Shown: positions 8,851 through 18,605, numbered from the stretch's first letter. The stretch: 64,000 bases of DNA from an uncultured Bacteroidales bacterium (GCA_947305795.1 CAMZEK010000007.1:627-64626), one strand, 5' to 3'. Notes: generated by a model not told the origin, from the letters alone. A program made the numbers and translations.

Positions 8851-11138
8851 TAATGATTTTCATCAGTGACGGGTTGTTTGGCGCTATTGAGCAATTCCTT
8901 GGCGTGGCTTTCGGAGCCAACGAACCACACCTTGTCGCCATCTAGGAAGGTGATGGAGGATTCGGGATTGAGGATAAAATCGTCGCCGCGCTCCACGGCT
9001 ATCACAAAGACATTGAAGCGATTGCGCAGGTCGGAGTCGTGCAAGGTCACACCCTCATAGCGGTCGCCTTTGGTCACCACCGAACAATAAATGTCTACAT
9101 CACTTTCGGGGCGTTCCTTGACGAGCACTTCGTCCTCCACCTCAATGCGTGAACGCACCTTGGCCAACTGTTCCTCAGTGCCAAGCAGCGTGATTTCATC
9201 CATCGGGAACAGCATAAAGTCGCGCCTCGGCAGATCGATGACCTCATCGGCACGGTCGACGCTCACCACGCTGGCATCGTAAACGTCGTGAAAGTCGGTC
9301 TCGCGAATGCGTTTGCCGGCATATATGCTCTTGGCACTCAGCGTCATTTTCTCCAAAACGAAGTTTTCCTGCAAAATCTCAGGCACCACAAACGATTGCA
9401 GCGTCTGACGGTTGTTCATATTGTCCAAAAAACGTTTCTCGATGCGCTCATACCAGTGCATCACGGGACTTATTCCCCTCATTATGAGGAGATAAGCCAA
9501 GGAAGCGACAATGGCTATGACGAAGTCGTCCATCTGAATGTTAATCGCGCTCCAAAAACCATTGTTAAGGCTATGCTGGAAAACACGCGCCGTGAACCCC
9601 CATGCGATAACAAAACCCAAGGCAAACAAAATCCTGACCATTCGGTTGTTCGCCTTGTTTTCCTTAACCATCTTTTCCGTGTCCTCGTCCAAGTCACGCC
9701 TGAAGGCCAGCGCCCAAATGAACGGCGAAAGGATAAGCAACACTGCTGCCAAGACAATCAACCCCGAATAGGGTTGCGAAACATTGTTCATTACAGGCTC
9801 GAGGAGCGAGAAAGTGATGAGCATCAAAGCCAAAAGGATGGCCGAATAGAGTACGGCACTCTTCACCCGACCGACAACGAAATCTTTCATAGTCAGTTGG
9901 TTGCCACGTTTTATTTTCAGGTTTTTCTCCTTGCTGCCGAAAAACTGCATCCAACTTTCTGGCACTTTCTTGTTGATCCAATTATAGAGCGGTTCGCCGC
10001 CTTTTATCAAATAAGGTGTAAGGAAAGTCGTGATGATGGACACCGAAACGATGATGGGATAAAGGAAGTCGTCGATGACGCCGAAACTCATACCCACCGT
10101 GGCGATGATGAAGGAGAACTCGCCGATTTGCCCGAAGCACATTCCGGCGCGCACTGCATTGTGGAGGTTGTCGCGCGAAAGCAACATTCCCACTCCCGAA
10201 CTCAGTGACTTGAACACCACCACAACCAACGTGATGAGCAAAATTTGCCACCAATATTGCACTAAAATAGCCGGATTGACCATCATACCCACCGACACGA
10301 AAAACACCGCGCCAAATAGGTTCTTGATGGGTGTAGTCAGTTTGTGAATCATCTCAGCTTCAAGCGTTTCAGCCAAGATACTGCCCATAATGAACGCACC
10401 CAAAGCCGACGAGAAACCGGCTTTGTTGGCCAACCAAACCATAAAAAAGCAAAGGCCCACGGCAAACACCGTCAGGGTTTCTTCCGACATAAACTTGCGA
10501 GACCATTTCAGGACGGTCGGGATGAGAAACACGCCGCCGACATACCACACCAAAAGGAAGAAAACGAGGCGCAAGACGCTGAATAGCAATTCAGTGCCGT
10601 TCAGAGTCGTGCTAACCGCCAAGGTGGAAAGAATCACCATCATAAGGATGGCGGCCAAGTCTTCGACCACCAAAACGCCAATAACGCTACCAGTGAACTT
10701 CTCGCTCTTCAGTTTCAAATCGTCAAAGGCTTTGGCGATAATCGTGGTCGACGACATTGAAAGCATAGCACCGAGGAAGATGCTGTCCATCTGCGACCAG
10801 CCCATCAGCTTGCCGAGGAAGAAGCCGATGATACACATCGAAACCAGTTCCGTCAACGCGGTAATTCCAACAGTACCAGTCTGTTTCTTCAGTTTCTTGA
10901 AACTAAACTCCAAGCCGATGGCGAACAGGAGGAACACCATTCCGATTTCGCTCCAAATCTCGACGCTTTCGTGGTCGCTGATGACCGGAAACCACGGAAA
11001 ATAAGGTCCGATGAGCAATCCTGCAATGATATAGCCCAAGACCAAGGGCTGCTTCAACCATTTGAAAATCACCGTTGTAACGCCTGCCGTGACGAGTATT
11101 AGAGCAAGGTCAGAGAATATTGCGGGTAAGGATTCCAT
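8850..11138 (-). CDS. cation:proton antiporter (CPA2/Kef-type) with two RCK_C domains, paralogue of 6570..8831
   Basis: Same architecture as the neighbouring gene. Track start 11180 is TTG and lies upstream of the -7 box. ATG 11138 gives 'MESLPAIFSDLALILVTAG', colinear with the paralogue. Confidence 0.85.
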   Translation of the reverse strand: MESLPAIFSDLALILVTAGVTTVIFKWLKQPLVLGYIIAGLLIGPYFPWFPVISDHESVEIWSEIGMVFLLFAIGLEFSFKKLKKQTGTVGITALTELVSMCIIGFFLGKLMGWSQMDSIFLGAMLSMSSTTIIAKAFDDLKLKSEKFTGSVIGVLVVEDLAAILMMVILSTLAVSTTLNGTELLFSVLRLVFFLLVWYVGGVFLIPTVLKWSRKFMSEETLTVFAVGLCFFMVWLANKAGFSSALGAFIMGSILAETLEAEMIHKLTTPIKNLFGAVFFVSVGMMVNPAILVQYWWQILLITLVVVVFKSLSSGVGMLLSRDNLHNAVRAGMCFGQIGEFSFIIATVGMSFGVIDDFLYPIIVSVSIITTFLTPYLIKGGEPLYNWINKKVPESWMQFFGSKEKNLKIKRGNQLTMKDFVVGRVKSAVLYSAILLALMLITFSLLEPVMNNVSQPYSGLIVLAAVLLILSPFIWALAFRRDLDEDTEKMVKENKANNRMVRILFALGFVIAWGFTARVFQHSLNNGFWSAINIQMDDFVIAIVASLAYLLIMRGISPVMHWYERIEKRFLDNMNNRQTLQSFVVPEILQENFVLEKMTLSAKSIYAGKRIRETDFHDVYDASVVSVDRADEVIDLPRRDFMLFPMDEITLLGTEEQLAKVRSRIEVEDEVLVKERPESDVDIYCSVVTKGDRYEGVTLHDSDLRNRFNVFVIAVERGDDFILNPESSITFLDGDKVWFVGSESHAKELLNSAKQPVTDENH

Positions 11139-11154
11139 AAAATAATGTTTGCCG

Positions 11155-11162
11155 CAAAGATA
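11155..11162 (-). promoter_or_regulatory. Bacteroidota -7 promoter box (TAnnTTTG)
   Basis: Minus-strand TATCTTTG about 16 nt upstream of ATG 11138. Confidence 0.5.
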
Positions 11163-11198
11163 CAAAAAAAGTGACCTCAATGGAAGTCACTTTTGTTT

Positions 11199-13022
11199 TT
11201 ATTCCGCAAACATTCCTTCAATCAAATCCTTGTAACGTTCTGCAATGATTTTTCGGCGGATTTTCAGGCTGGGAGTGATTTCGCCGTCCTCGATAGTCCA
11301 TTCGTGATCAAGCAGTTCAAAACGCTTAATCTTCTCATAATCACCGAAATACTTGTTATATGCATCCACTTCCTTGCGGTAGCGGTCGATCACGGCCTTG
11401 TTCCTAATGATTTCGGCATTCGAAGTGTAGGCGATGTGGTTTTCCTCACACCAAGTCTTCAGGTGCTCAAAATTCGGCACAATGAGTGCTGCGGCAAACT
11501 TCTGGTTCTCACCGACTACCATAATTCCGCTGAACCATTTGGATTCGGCAAACTTGTTCTCAATCAGCGCGGGTGAGATGTACTTGCCCATCGAGTCTTT
11601 GAAAATTTCCTTCATGCGACCCGTGATTTTCAGCAGGCCATCTTCGTCGAACTCGCCGATGTCGCCTGTATGGAAATAGCCGTTCTCGTCAATGGCAATC
11701 TTGGTCTGCTCGGGATCTTTGTAGTAGCCCTTCATCACTGGAGAGCCTTTTACCAGAATCTCGCCCGACTCGGGATCGATTTTGATATCGACGCTCCCAC
11801 AAGGCACACCGACCGTTCCCGCCTTGATGATGCCCAAAGCTAAGCTGTTGGTGCAAATCACTGGCGAAGTTTCCGTCAGGCCATAGCCTTCGATAATCGG
11901 GATGTTCATGGCAGCAAATAGGCGCACCAAACGCGGTTGCAAACTGGCACCACCAGAAATGATAAACTCCAAACGCCCACCAAAAGCCTTTCTTACATCC
12001 TTGAAAACCAACTTATTAGCTAAATACAACTTGAAACGGTAAGCTCTATTATTTTTCTTTTCCGTCTCATCGTATCGCTCTGCCAACTGGAAAGCCCAAT
12101 AGAAAACGCGCTTTTTCACGCCCTTCATCTTGTCGCCCTTGCGCACAATGCCATTATATACCTTTTCGATGACACGCGGCACAGTGGTAAAATGTTCAGG
12201 CTTCACGTCTGCAATATCGCGCATGATGGTGCCAAAGTTCTCCACGTAATAGGTCGCGTTACCGAGATAAAGGTGCGTAAACAACACCGAACGCTCGTAG
12301 ATGTGCGACAAAGGCAAGAAACTCACCACTTTCTGCGAACTCGGGACGGGATAATGCGGGCCATAATAGGCCACACAACTCATCAGGTTGAAATGCGTCA
12401 GCATCACGCCTTTTGGGGTGCCGAGAGTACCTGATGTGTAGATAATGGTGGCCACGTCATGGGTGGAGACCGACTCCTTGCGCGTCTGCAACGCGGCGAG
12501 GGATTTCTTGTCGACCTTCACCGAAACCATCAGTCCGCGAAGCGTCAATTGACCTTCCACTGGATTGAAAACGAACTCTTTGGGACGCATGGGCATGGCC
12601 GCCAGAATCTTCTCTATCTTCTTGTGCAGCAACGAGCCTTCGACGAAAACCACCTTAGGCTCGGCATGGTTCAGGATATATTCAAAATCGCTTTGGCGCA
12701 CCGTGGGATAGATAGGCACCAAAATGGCACCAATCTGTTGCACAGCGAAATCCACCATGTTCCATTGCGGACAATTGTTGGAAATCACCGCCACACGATC
12801 GCCTTTGGAAACGCCCAAGCCCATCAATCCCTGACTGATGGTATCGGTCATCTTCACGAAGTCACGTCCGATGTATTTCTTCCACTTCCCTTCCACCTTG
12901 CAGGCAAACATCAACCGTTTTTTGCCGTATTTCTCAACGAATCGCGGCAGTAGGTCGAACGTGCGAGGAGGAATATCAGGGTAAGCCTGGACCGTTTTCC
13001 CTTTGTTTGTGTTCTTATCCAT
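11199..13022 (-). CDS. long-chain fatty acid--CoA ligase (AMP-dependent synthetase/ligase)
   Basis: 607 aa with AMP-binding signature 'IIYTSGTLGTPKGVMLTH' and 'GYGLTETSP', 'TGDIGEFDEDG'. Confidence 0.85.
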   Translation of the reverse strand: MDKNTNKGKTVQAYPDIPPRTFDLLPRFVEKYGKKRLMFACKVEGKWKKYIGRDFVKMTDTISQGLMGLGVSKGDRVAVISNNCPQWNMVDFAVQQIGAILVPIYPTVRQSDFEYILNHAEPKVVFVEGSLLHKKIEKILAAMPMRPKEFVFNPVEGQLTLRGLMVSVKVDKKSLAALQTRKESVSTHDVATIIYTSGTLGTPKGVMLTHFNLMSCVAYYGPHYPVPSSQKVVSFLPLSHIYERSVLFTHLYLGNATYYVENFGTIMRDIADVKPEHFTTVPRVIEKVYNGIVRKGDKMKGVKKRVFYWAFQLAERYDETEKKNNRAYRFKLYLANKLVFKDVRKAFGGRLEFIISGGASLQPRLVRLFAAMNIPIIEGYGLTETSPVICTNSLALGIIKAGTVGVPCGSVDIKIDPESGEILVKGSPVMKGYYKDPEQTKIAIDENGYFHTGDIGEFDEDGLLKITGRMKEIFKDSMGKYISPALIENKFAESKWFSGIMVVGENQKFAAALIVPNFEHLKTWCEENHIAYTSNAEIIRNKAVIDRYRKEVDAYNKYFGDYEKIKRFELLDHEWTIEDGEITPSLKIRRKIIAERYKDLIEGMFAE

Positions 13023-13143
13023 ATTTTCGAAAAAACGGTGCGAAAATACAGCATTATTTCAATAAAAACAATTTTTTATCAAATGGAGTGGTTTTTTTTG
13101 AACAAAAGCCGCTGTTTTATCAACGAAAAACAAATGAAAAAAC

Positions 13144-13151
13144 TATTTTTG
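13144..13151 (+). promoter_or_regulatory. Bacteroidota -7 promoter box (TAnnTTTG)
   Basis: TATTTTTG about 19 nt upstream of ATG 13171. Confidence 0.45.
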
Positions 13152-13170
13152 CGCCCGATTTCGTGAAGCC

Positions 13171-13737
13171 ATGCTATCCATTTTCGACGATATGACCCAA
13201 GTGACCGAAGCCGAGGTGAAACAGATGCTGCCTTTGGTGGACGAACAGCGCCGTGAAGAAGCCCTGCGCTACAAGCATCTGTTCGGGCAATTTGCCTCCC
13301 TGAAGTCTTGGCTGATGCTCAAAGATTTATTAAATCCTTTGAAAATCAACGATTTGAAAATGGACTATAACGAGCATGGCAAGCCTTTCTTGACCAAGTA
13401 TCCTGAGGTGCATTTCAACCTCAGCCATTGCAAGAACGGCATTGCCGTGGTGGTGGACTTCTCCCCTGTCGGCATCGACATCGAGAGTTACCGCAGGAGC
13501 AATCTCGCTCTCGTCCGTAAAACAATGAACCCCGCCGAAGCCGAATGGATTTGTGCTTCCAGCGACCCCGTTGAAACTTTCACCCAGTATTGGACCAAAA
13601 AAGAAGCCGTCGTAAAACTGCGCGGCACGGGCATTATTGACGACCTGCACTATATCTTGAATGGCGAAGGCTACCAACTTGAAACGCACATTAATCGAGA
13701 AAAAGGATATGCCTGGAGTGTGGCGTATACAAAATGA
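13171..13737 (+). CDS. 4'-phosphopantetheinyl transferase (Sfp-type)
   Basis: 188 aa with 'FNLSHCKNGIAVVVDFSPVGIDIE' and 'WTKKEAVVKLRGTG' PPTase motifs. Confidence 0.8.
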   Translation: MLSIFDDMTQVTEAEVKQMLPLVDEQRREEALRYKHLFGQFASLKSWLMLKDLLNPLKINDLKMDYNEHGKPFLTKYPEVHFNLSHCKNGIAVVVDFSPVGIDIESYRRSNLALVRKTMNPAEAEWICASSDPVETFTQYWTKKEAVVKLRGTGIIDDLHYILNGEGYQLETHINREKGYAWSVAYTK

Positions 13738-13738
13738 A

Positions 13739-13764
13739 GAAAGGCGGCCTTTCGGTCGCCTTTC
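13739..13764. terminator. hairpin between convergent genes (possible bidirectional terminator)
   Basis: GAAAGGCGGCC-TTTC-GGTCGCCTTTC, an 11-bp stem with one G:T pair, between the PPTase and hppA 3' ends. The T-tracts are weak. Confidence 0.4.
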
Positions 13765-13782
13765 TCGTTCATAATCCGATGT

Positions 13783-16017
13783 TTACAGTAAGTGACAAGT
13801 GACCGTCAAACCAGCCATCACGATGCTCACCATGCTCATCAGCTTGATGAGGATGTTCAGCGAAGGTCCTGACGTATCCTTGAACGGGTCACCGACGGTG
13901 TCGCCAACGACGGTAGCCTTGTGGTTGTCAGAGCCTTTACCACCGAAGTTGCCTTCTTCGACATACTTCTTGGCATTGTCCCAAGCACCGCCCGAGTTGG
14001 CCATGAACACAGCCAAGACGAAGCCCGTGCTGAGGCCGCCGATGAGCAGACCAAGCACACCAGGAACACCCAAAATGACACCTGTCAGAATCGGGACGAG
14101 GATGGCGAGAATGGAAGGCACCAGCATCTCGTGTTGTGCGCCCTTCGTGGAGATGGCCACGCAACGCTCGTAGTCGGGTTCGGCTTTGCCTTCAAGGATG
14201 CCCTTGATGGTGCTGAACTGACGGCGGACTTCCTCCACCATCTTCTGGGCCGCACGACCCACAGCGTTCATCGTCATGCCGCAGAACACGAAAGCCATCA
14301 TGGCACCGATGAAGATACCGACGAGAACGATGGGGTTCATCAAGTTGACATTGTAAGCGTTCATGAAGTCAACCAAAGAGGCTTTGGCGGCTTCCACGCC
14401 ATTCGGCAAGGCTTGACCCACACGAATAAGAGCGATCTTGATTTCTTCAACGTATGAGGCCAACAATGCCAAAGCTGTCAAAGCAGCGGAACCGATAGCA
14501 AAGCCCTTACCAGTAGCAGCAGTGGTGTTGCCGAGAGCATCAAGAGCATCGGTGCGCTTACGCACTTCAGGTTCAAGGCCACTCATTTCGGCGTTACCAC
14601 CGGCATTATCGGCGATGGGACCGTAAGCGTCGGTAGCCAAGGTGATACCCAAAGTGGAAAGCATACCCACAGCAGCGATACCGATACCATAAAGGCCGTG
14701 TGACAAATTTTCTGGTGTAAAAGCAATATGGAAACCATTGGCGCAAAGGTAAGCCAAAACGATGGCCACGCCAACAGTAACAACCGGAATAGCAGTTGAT
14801 AGCATACCAAGACCCAAGCCAGAGATAATAACAGTAGCGGGACCCGTCTTGGAACTCTCAGCCACCTTCTGTGTAGGCTTGTAACTCTGCGAGGTATAAT
14901 ACTCGGTAGATTTGCCGATAATGACACCAGCTAACAAACCGACCACCACCGAAAGTGAAGTTTGCCACCACATGTTGGCATACTCTCCGGTTTCTTTTCC
15001 AAACAGGAAATACATGATGCCGAAGGTCGCAACGGCAATCAAGACAGCGGCAGTGTTTGTACCACGGCTCAAAGCACCGAGAAGTTGCTTCATGCCAGCA
15101 TCCTCTTTGGTGCGCACCAAGAAGATACCAATCAATGAGAGGAGCACGCCCACAGCGGCAATCAGCATGGGAGCAAACACGGCTTTCATCTGCATCTCAG
15201 CACCAGCGGCACTCTGCGTAGCTGCGGTGGCGAAAGCAGAAGCGCCCAAGGCCATGGTAGCCAGGATAGAACCAGCGTAGGACTCATAAAGGTCGGCACC
15301 CATACCGGCCACGTCACCGACATTGTCACCAACGTTATCGGCGATGGTGGCGGGGTTACGCGGGTCGTCTTCAGGGATGTTGTACTCGGTCTTACCGACA
15401 AGGTCAGCACCGACGTCAGCAGCCTTGGTGTAGATGCCGCCACCCACACGGGCAAACAGGGCCTGAGTAGAAGCACCCATGCCGAAGGTCAGCATGGTAG
15501 TGGTGATGGTAATCAAGTCGTTGTCAGCTCCAACGGCTGCGAGCAAACCTGTGCCATTCAGCACAAGAAACCACACGGAAACGTCCAAGAGGGCAAGGCC
15601 CACCACGACGAGACCCATGACAGCACCTGAACGGAAAGCCACTTTCAAGCCGCTGTTCAAAGACTTACGAGCCGAATTGGCTGTACGTGCCGAAGCGTAG
15701 GTGGCCGTCTTCATTCCGAAGAAGCCTGCCAAGCCCGAGAAGAAACCGCCTGTGAGGAATGCAAACCACACGACGCCGTTCTGTAATTTGAAATAAGCCA
15801 TGATACCGAAAATGGCCGCCAAGATTATGAACACAATGATCACCACCTTGTACTGCTGTTTCAGGTAAGCCATAGCTCCCTTACGGACATGAGCTGCGAT
15901 TTTCTTCATCAAGTCCGTACCTTCGTCTTCCTTCATCATCTGTTTGTAGAAGATGAAAGCGAATGTTAGCGCCAGAATTGAGGCTACCAACACGATGTAA
16001 ACAATACTGTTACTCAT
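13783..16017 (-). CDS. hppA: membrane-bound H+/Na+-translocating pyrophosphatase
   Basis: 744 aa with 'DNVGDNVGDVAGMGADLYESY', 'DNAGGNAEM' and 'GDTVGDPFKDTSGPSLNILIKL', all diagnostic of V-PPases. Confidence 0.95.
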   Translation of the reverse strand: MSNSIVYIVLVASILALTFAFIFYKQMMKEDEGTDLMKKIAAHVRKGAMAYLKQQYKVVIIVFIILAAIFGIMAYFKLQNGVVWFAFLTGGFFSGLAGFFGMKTATYASARTANSARKSLNSGLKVAFRSGAVMGLVVVGLALLDVSVWFLVLNGTGLLAAVGADNDLITITTTMLTFGMGASTQALFARVGGGIYTKAADVGADLVGKTEYNIPEDDPRNPATIADNVGDNVGDVAGMGADLYESYAGSILATMALGASAFATAATQSAAGAEMQMKAVFAPMLIAAVGVLLSLIGIFLVRTKEDAGMKQLLGALSRGTNTAAVLIAVATFGIMYFLFGKETGEYANMWWQTSLSVVVGLLAGVIIGKSTEYYTSQSYKPTQKVAESSKTGPATVIISGLGLGMLSTAIPVVTVGVAIVLAYLCANGFHIAFTPENLSHGLYGIGIAAVGMLSTLGITLATDAYGPIADNAGGNAEMSGLEPEVRKRTDALDALGNTTAATGKGFAIGSAALTALALLASYVEEIKIALIRVGQALPNGVEAAKASLVDFMNAYNVNLMNPIVLVGIFIGAMMAFVFCGMTMNAVGRAAQKMVEEVRRQFSTIKGILEGKAEPDYERCVAISTKGAQHEMLVPSILAILVPILTGVILGVPGVLGLLIGGLSTGFVLAVFMANSGGAWDNAKKYVEEGNFGGKGSDNHKATVVGDTVGDPFKDTSGPSLNILIKLMSMVSIVMAGLTVTCHLL

Positions 16018-16073
16018 AGGATTATAATTTAGTTAAACTTGAATTGTTGTCAAAAACAAGTATTTTGAGGGGA

Positions 16074-16081
16074 CAAAAATA
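16074..16081 (-). promoter_or_regulatory. Bacteroidota -7 promoter box (TAnnTTTG)
   Basis: Minus-strand TATTTTTG about 56 nt upstream of hppA ATG 16017. Confidence 0.4.
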
Positions 16082-16165
16082 AGAACAAATCATTTTGAAA
16101 TGAAAACTTTTTTCTCTGTTTTTTGCTCCAACGCAACTTTTTTTGCCAATTTCAGAAAAAGTCCC

Positions 16166-16173
16166 TACTTTTG
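16166..16173 (+). promoter_or_regulatory. Bacteroidota -7 promoter box (TAnnTTTG)
   Basis: TACTTTTG about 96 nt upstream of ATG 16270. Confidence 0.35.
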
Positions 16174-16269
16174 ACGATTGAAGGAAGAAGGTTTTGTCGC
16201 AAAATAGAGGCTTCATAATCAGTTTTTTAGATCCACAAGACCTTTTTTACTTTTGAAAAACGGACAAAA

Positions 16270-16854
16270 ATGGACAAGGTCAGATTGGAAATCATCGGCT
16301 TGACGTACAGCGAATCCCCGACGGGTGCCTACGTCTTGATTTTGGGAGACAAAAACTCGCGTCGCCGCCTGCCCATCGTCATTGGCAGCAATGAGGCACA
16401 AGCCATCGCCGTAGGCATTGAGCGGCAGCAGAACAGCCGTCCCCTCACCCATGACTTGCTTTTGAAATTCGCCAACACCTTCAACGTGAAGATATTGGAA
16501 GTGGTCATCAATCGTTTCCGCGACGGCGTATTCTATGCCATGCTGGTCTGTCAGCAAGGCAACGAAATGGTACTGATTGACGCGCGCCCCTCCGATGCCA
16601 TCGCCCTCGCCGTGCGCCTCGGTTGCGAGATTTACGCCTACGAGAACGTCATGCAGGAGGCTGGCATCATCATGGACGACATGGAAGAGGACGAAACGCC
16701 TGATCAAAGTGGTACTATTAATAAGGTGCAAGACGAACCCGATTTAGATCTGCTCACCCTCAGCGAGTTGGAAGACCTGCTGCAAGAGGCCATCGATGAT
16801 GAAGACTACGCCAAAGCTGCACAAATAAGGGACGAGATAAACAGTAGAAAATGA
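16270..16854 (+). CDS. bifunctional nuclease family protein (DUF151) with C-terminal UVR motif
   Basis: 'RRLPIVIGSNEAQAIAVGIERQQNSRPLTHDLL' and 'IDARPSDAIALAVR' are DUF151-like. The tail 'LEDLLQEAIDDEDYAKAAQIRDEI' is a UvrB/C-type motif. Confidence 0.8.
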   Translation: MDKVRLEIIGLTYSESPTGAYVLILGDKNSRRRLPIVIGSNEAQAIAVGIERQQNSRPLTHDLLLKFANTFNVKILEVVINRFRDGVFYAMLVCQQGNEMVLIDARPSDAIALAVRLGCEIYAYENVMQEAGIIMDDMEEDETPDQSGTINKVQDEPDLDLLTLSELEDLLQEAIDDEDYAKAAQIRDEINSRK

Positions 16855-16890
16855 AATATAAGAGCTACATAGAAAACAGGTTCCTTTTTT

Positions 16891-17071
16891 AAATTTTAAA
16901 TCTTTGAATCTTTGAATTTTGAATCTTTGAATTTTGAATCTTTGAATTTTGAATCTTTGAATTTTGAATCTTTGAATCTTGAATCTTTGAATCTTTGAAT
17001 TTTGAATCTTTGAATCTTGAATCTTTGAATCTTGAATCTTTGAATCTTGAATCTTTGAATCTTTGAATATC
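16891..17071. repeat. 181-bp tandem array of 7/8-nt units (GAATCTTT / GAATTTT / GAATCTT), 15-bp higher-order period
   Basis: About 21 consecutive GAAT-initiated units from 16906 to 17064, plus degenerate flanking units. Lies in the intergenic gap 20 nt upstream of ATG 17092. Confidence 0.95.
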
Positions 17072-17091
17072 AAATCATTAAATCTACAAAT

Positions 17092-18372
17092 ATGAAAGCA
17101 ATCAAGTTTCGTTTAATTGTGATGAACTTCCTCATCTTTGCGGTGTGGGGAGCTTATCTCTGTTCGTTGGGTATCTATCTCGGACGCGTGGGAATGGGTG
17201 CCAACATCGGGAAATTTTTCGCCATCCAGGGCATCGTTTCCCTGTTCATGCCTGCACTGATGGGCATCGTCGCCGACCGCTGGATTCCGGCGCAAAAGCT
17301 TCTCGGCATCTGTCATTTCCTCGCCGCCGTCTTCATGGCGTTAGCCGGTTACATGGGCATGAAATATGGCAGCGCCATCAGCTTTGGTCAACTATTCCCG
17401 TTCTATGCACTCAGCGTGGCTTTCTTCATGCCGACCATTGCCTTGGGCAACTCCGTGTCTTACAACGCCTTGAACCAAGCAGGATTGGACACCGTGAAGG
17501 CCTTCCCGCCCATCCGTGTTTTCGGCACCATCGGTTTCATCCTTTCCATGTGGATTGTGAATTTTACGGGCTTCAAGGACGGTTACCAGCAACTGTTCGT
17601 CTCCGCCGCTTGGGGTCTCATTTTGGCCGTTTACTCGTTCACGCTGCCGAATTGCCCCGTCAACAAGAACGTGGAAAGCAAATCCTTCGTCGATACTTTC
17701 GGGCTACGCGCCTTCTCGCTGTTCAAGGATTCGAAGATGTGCGTTTTCTTCATCTTCTCGTTCCTCTTGGGTATGTGCCTGCAAGTGACCAACGGCTTCG
17801 CCACCCCATTCCTTGACGCATTCGGTGCCGACCCGCAATATGCCAATGCCTTCGCGGTGAAGAACAACGTGTTCCTGTCGTCCATTTCGCAAGTATCTGA
17901 AACCTTGTGCATTTTACTAATCCCCTTCTTCCTGAAGAAGTTCGGTATCAAGAAGGTGATGCTCATCGCTTTTGTGGCATGGGCCTTGCGCTTCTTCTTC
18001 CTCGGCGCGGGCAGTCCAACGGGCTTCGGCCTCGTGCTGCTGATTCTCTCCATGATTGTTTACGGTGTGGCATTTGACTTCTTCAACATCAGTGGCTCGC
18101 TTTTCGTCGACCAAAACACCGACGTGAGCATCCGCAGTAGCGCGCAAGGCGTGTTCATGATGATGACCAACGGCCTCGGAGCCACCATCGGCTCGCTTTG
18201 TGCCCAAGCCGTGGTGAACCGCTTTGTGTTCCACCCTGCCGCCGCCGACCCGAACTTCAATGTAATGGGCGGCTGGTCAACGGCATGGTATGTGTTTGCT
18301 GCTTTCGCCTTGGTGGTGGGCATTTTGTTTGCGGTTTTGTTTAAGTACAAGCACGTTCCAGAGAAGCAATAA
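17092..18372 (+). CDS. nucleoside permease, NupG/XapB-like MFS transporter
   Basis: 426 aa, 12 TM. The N-terminus 'RLIVMNFLIFAVWGAYLCSLGIYL...GIVADRWIPAQK' matches the nucleoside:H+ symporter family. Confidence 0.75.
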   Translation: MKAIKFRLIVMNFLIFAVWGAYLCSLGIYLGRVGMGANIGKFFAIQGIVSLFMPALMGIVADRWIPAQKLLGICHFLAAVFMALAGYMGMKYGSAISFGQLFPFYALSVAFFMPTIALGNSVSYNALNQAGLDTVKAFPPIRVFGTIGFILSMWIVNFTGFKDGYQQLFVSAAWGLILAVYSFTLPNCPVNKNVESKSFVDTFGLRAFSLFKDSKMCVFFIFSFLLGMCLQVTNGFATPFLDAFGADPQYANAFAVKNNVFLSSISQVSETLCILLIPFFLKKFGIKKVMLIAFVAWALRFFFLGAGSPTGFGLVLLILSMIVYGVAFDFFNISGSLFVDQNTDVSIRSSAQGVFMMMTNGLGATIGSLCAQAVVNRFVFHPAAADPNFNVMGGWSTAWYVFAAFALVVGILFAVLFKYKHVPEKQ

Positions 18373-18392
18373 CTTACTGAAAAACAAATGGA

Positions 18393-18437
18393 AAACCCTG
18401 CTGATAGCTTTAACTATTGGCAGGGTTTATTTGTTTT
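18393..18437 (+). terminator. imperfect long hairpin followed by a T-rich tract
   Basis: AAACCCTGCTGATAG-CTTTAA-CTATTGGCAGGGTTT followed by ATTTGTTTTG, about 20 nt after the permease stop. Confidence 0.5.
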
Positions 18438-18473
18438 GCATTAGTTCAATCTCGGAAGTATATGCTATTCATC

Positions 18474-18605
18474 CTATAGAAGCTCGTCAATAAAGCCCAA
18501 TTCTTCGATTTGTTCAAAAGATTTGCCTTCTGCAAATTCATTGATGTTGGCGATGCACTCAAGGATGTGTTGAAGTCTTCCCTTATCTTTAACCGGCTCT
18601 CTCAT
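18474..18605 (-). pseudogene. truncated HepT/DUF86 (HEPN toxin) N-terminal fragment, 43 codons
   Basis: The minus strand reads '[43 protein letters not shown]'. This is a DUF86-type N-terminus that overlaps the MNT stop by 17 nt as in intact pairs, but it stops at about one third of normal length. Confidence 0.5.

Noticed and set aside
8080-11004. Similar plus-strand ORFs 8080..8727 and 10390..11004 ('MMKAPKADENPAK...' / 'MNAPKADEKPAL...') that look like a conserved pair.
   Set aside because: Their similarity is a by-product of being antisense to two paralogous antiporter genes. Their composition is low-complexity and they have no independent start or promoter signals.
16891-17071. Possibility that the tandem array is a CRISPR or a coding repeat.
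   Set aside because: The units are 7-8 nt with no spacers, so it is not a CRISPR. The region is intergenic and only opens an artefactual ORF on the opposite strand.
16744-17073. 109-aa minus-strand ORF reading 'KIQDSKIQDSKIQ...KIQRFKIQRF'.
   Set aside because: It is just the translation of the 7/8-nt tandem array. It overlaps the 3' end of the bifunctional-nuclease gene and has no plausible start context or fold.
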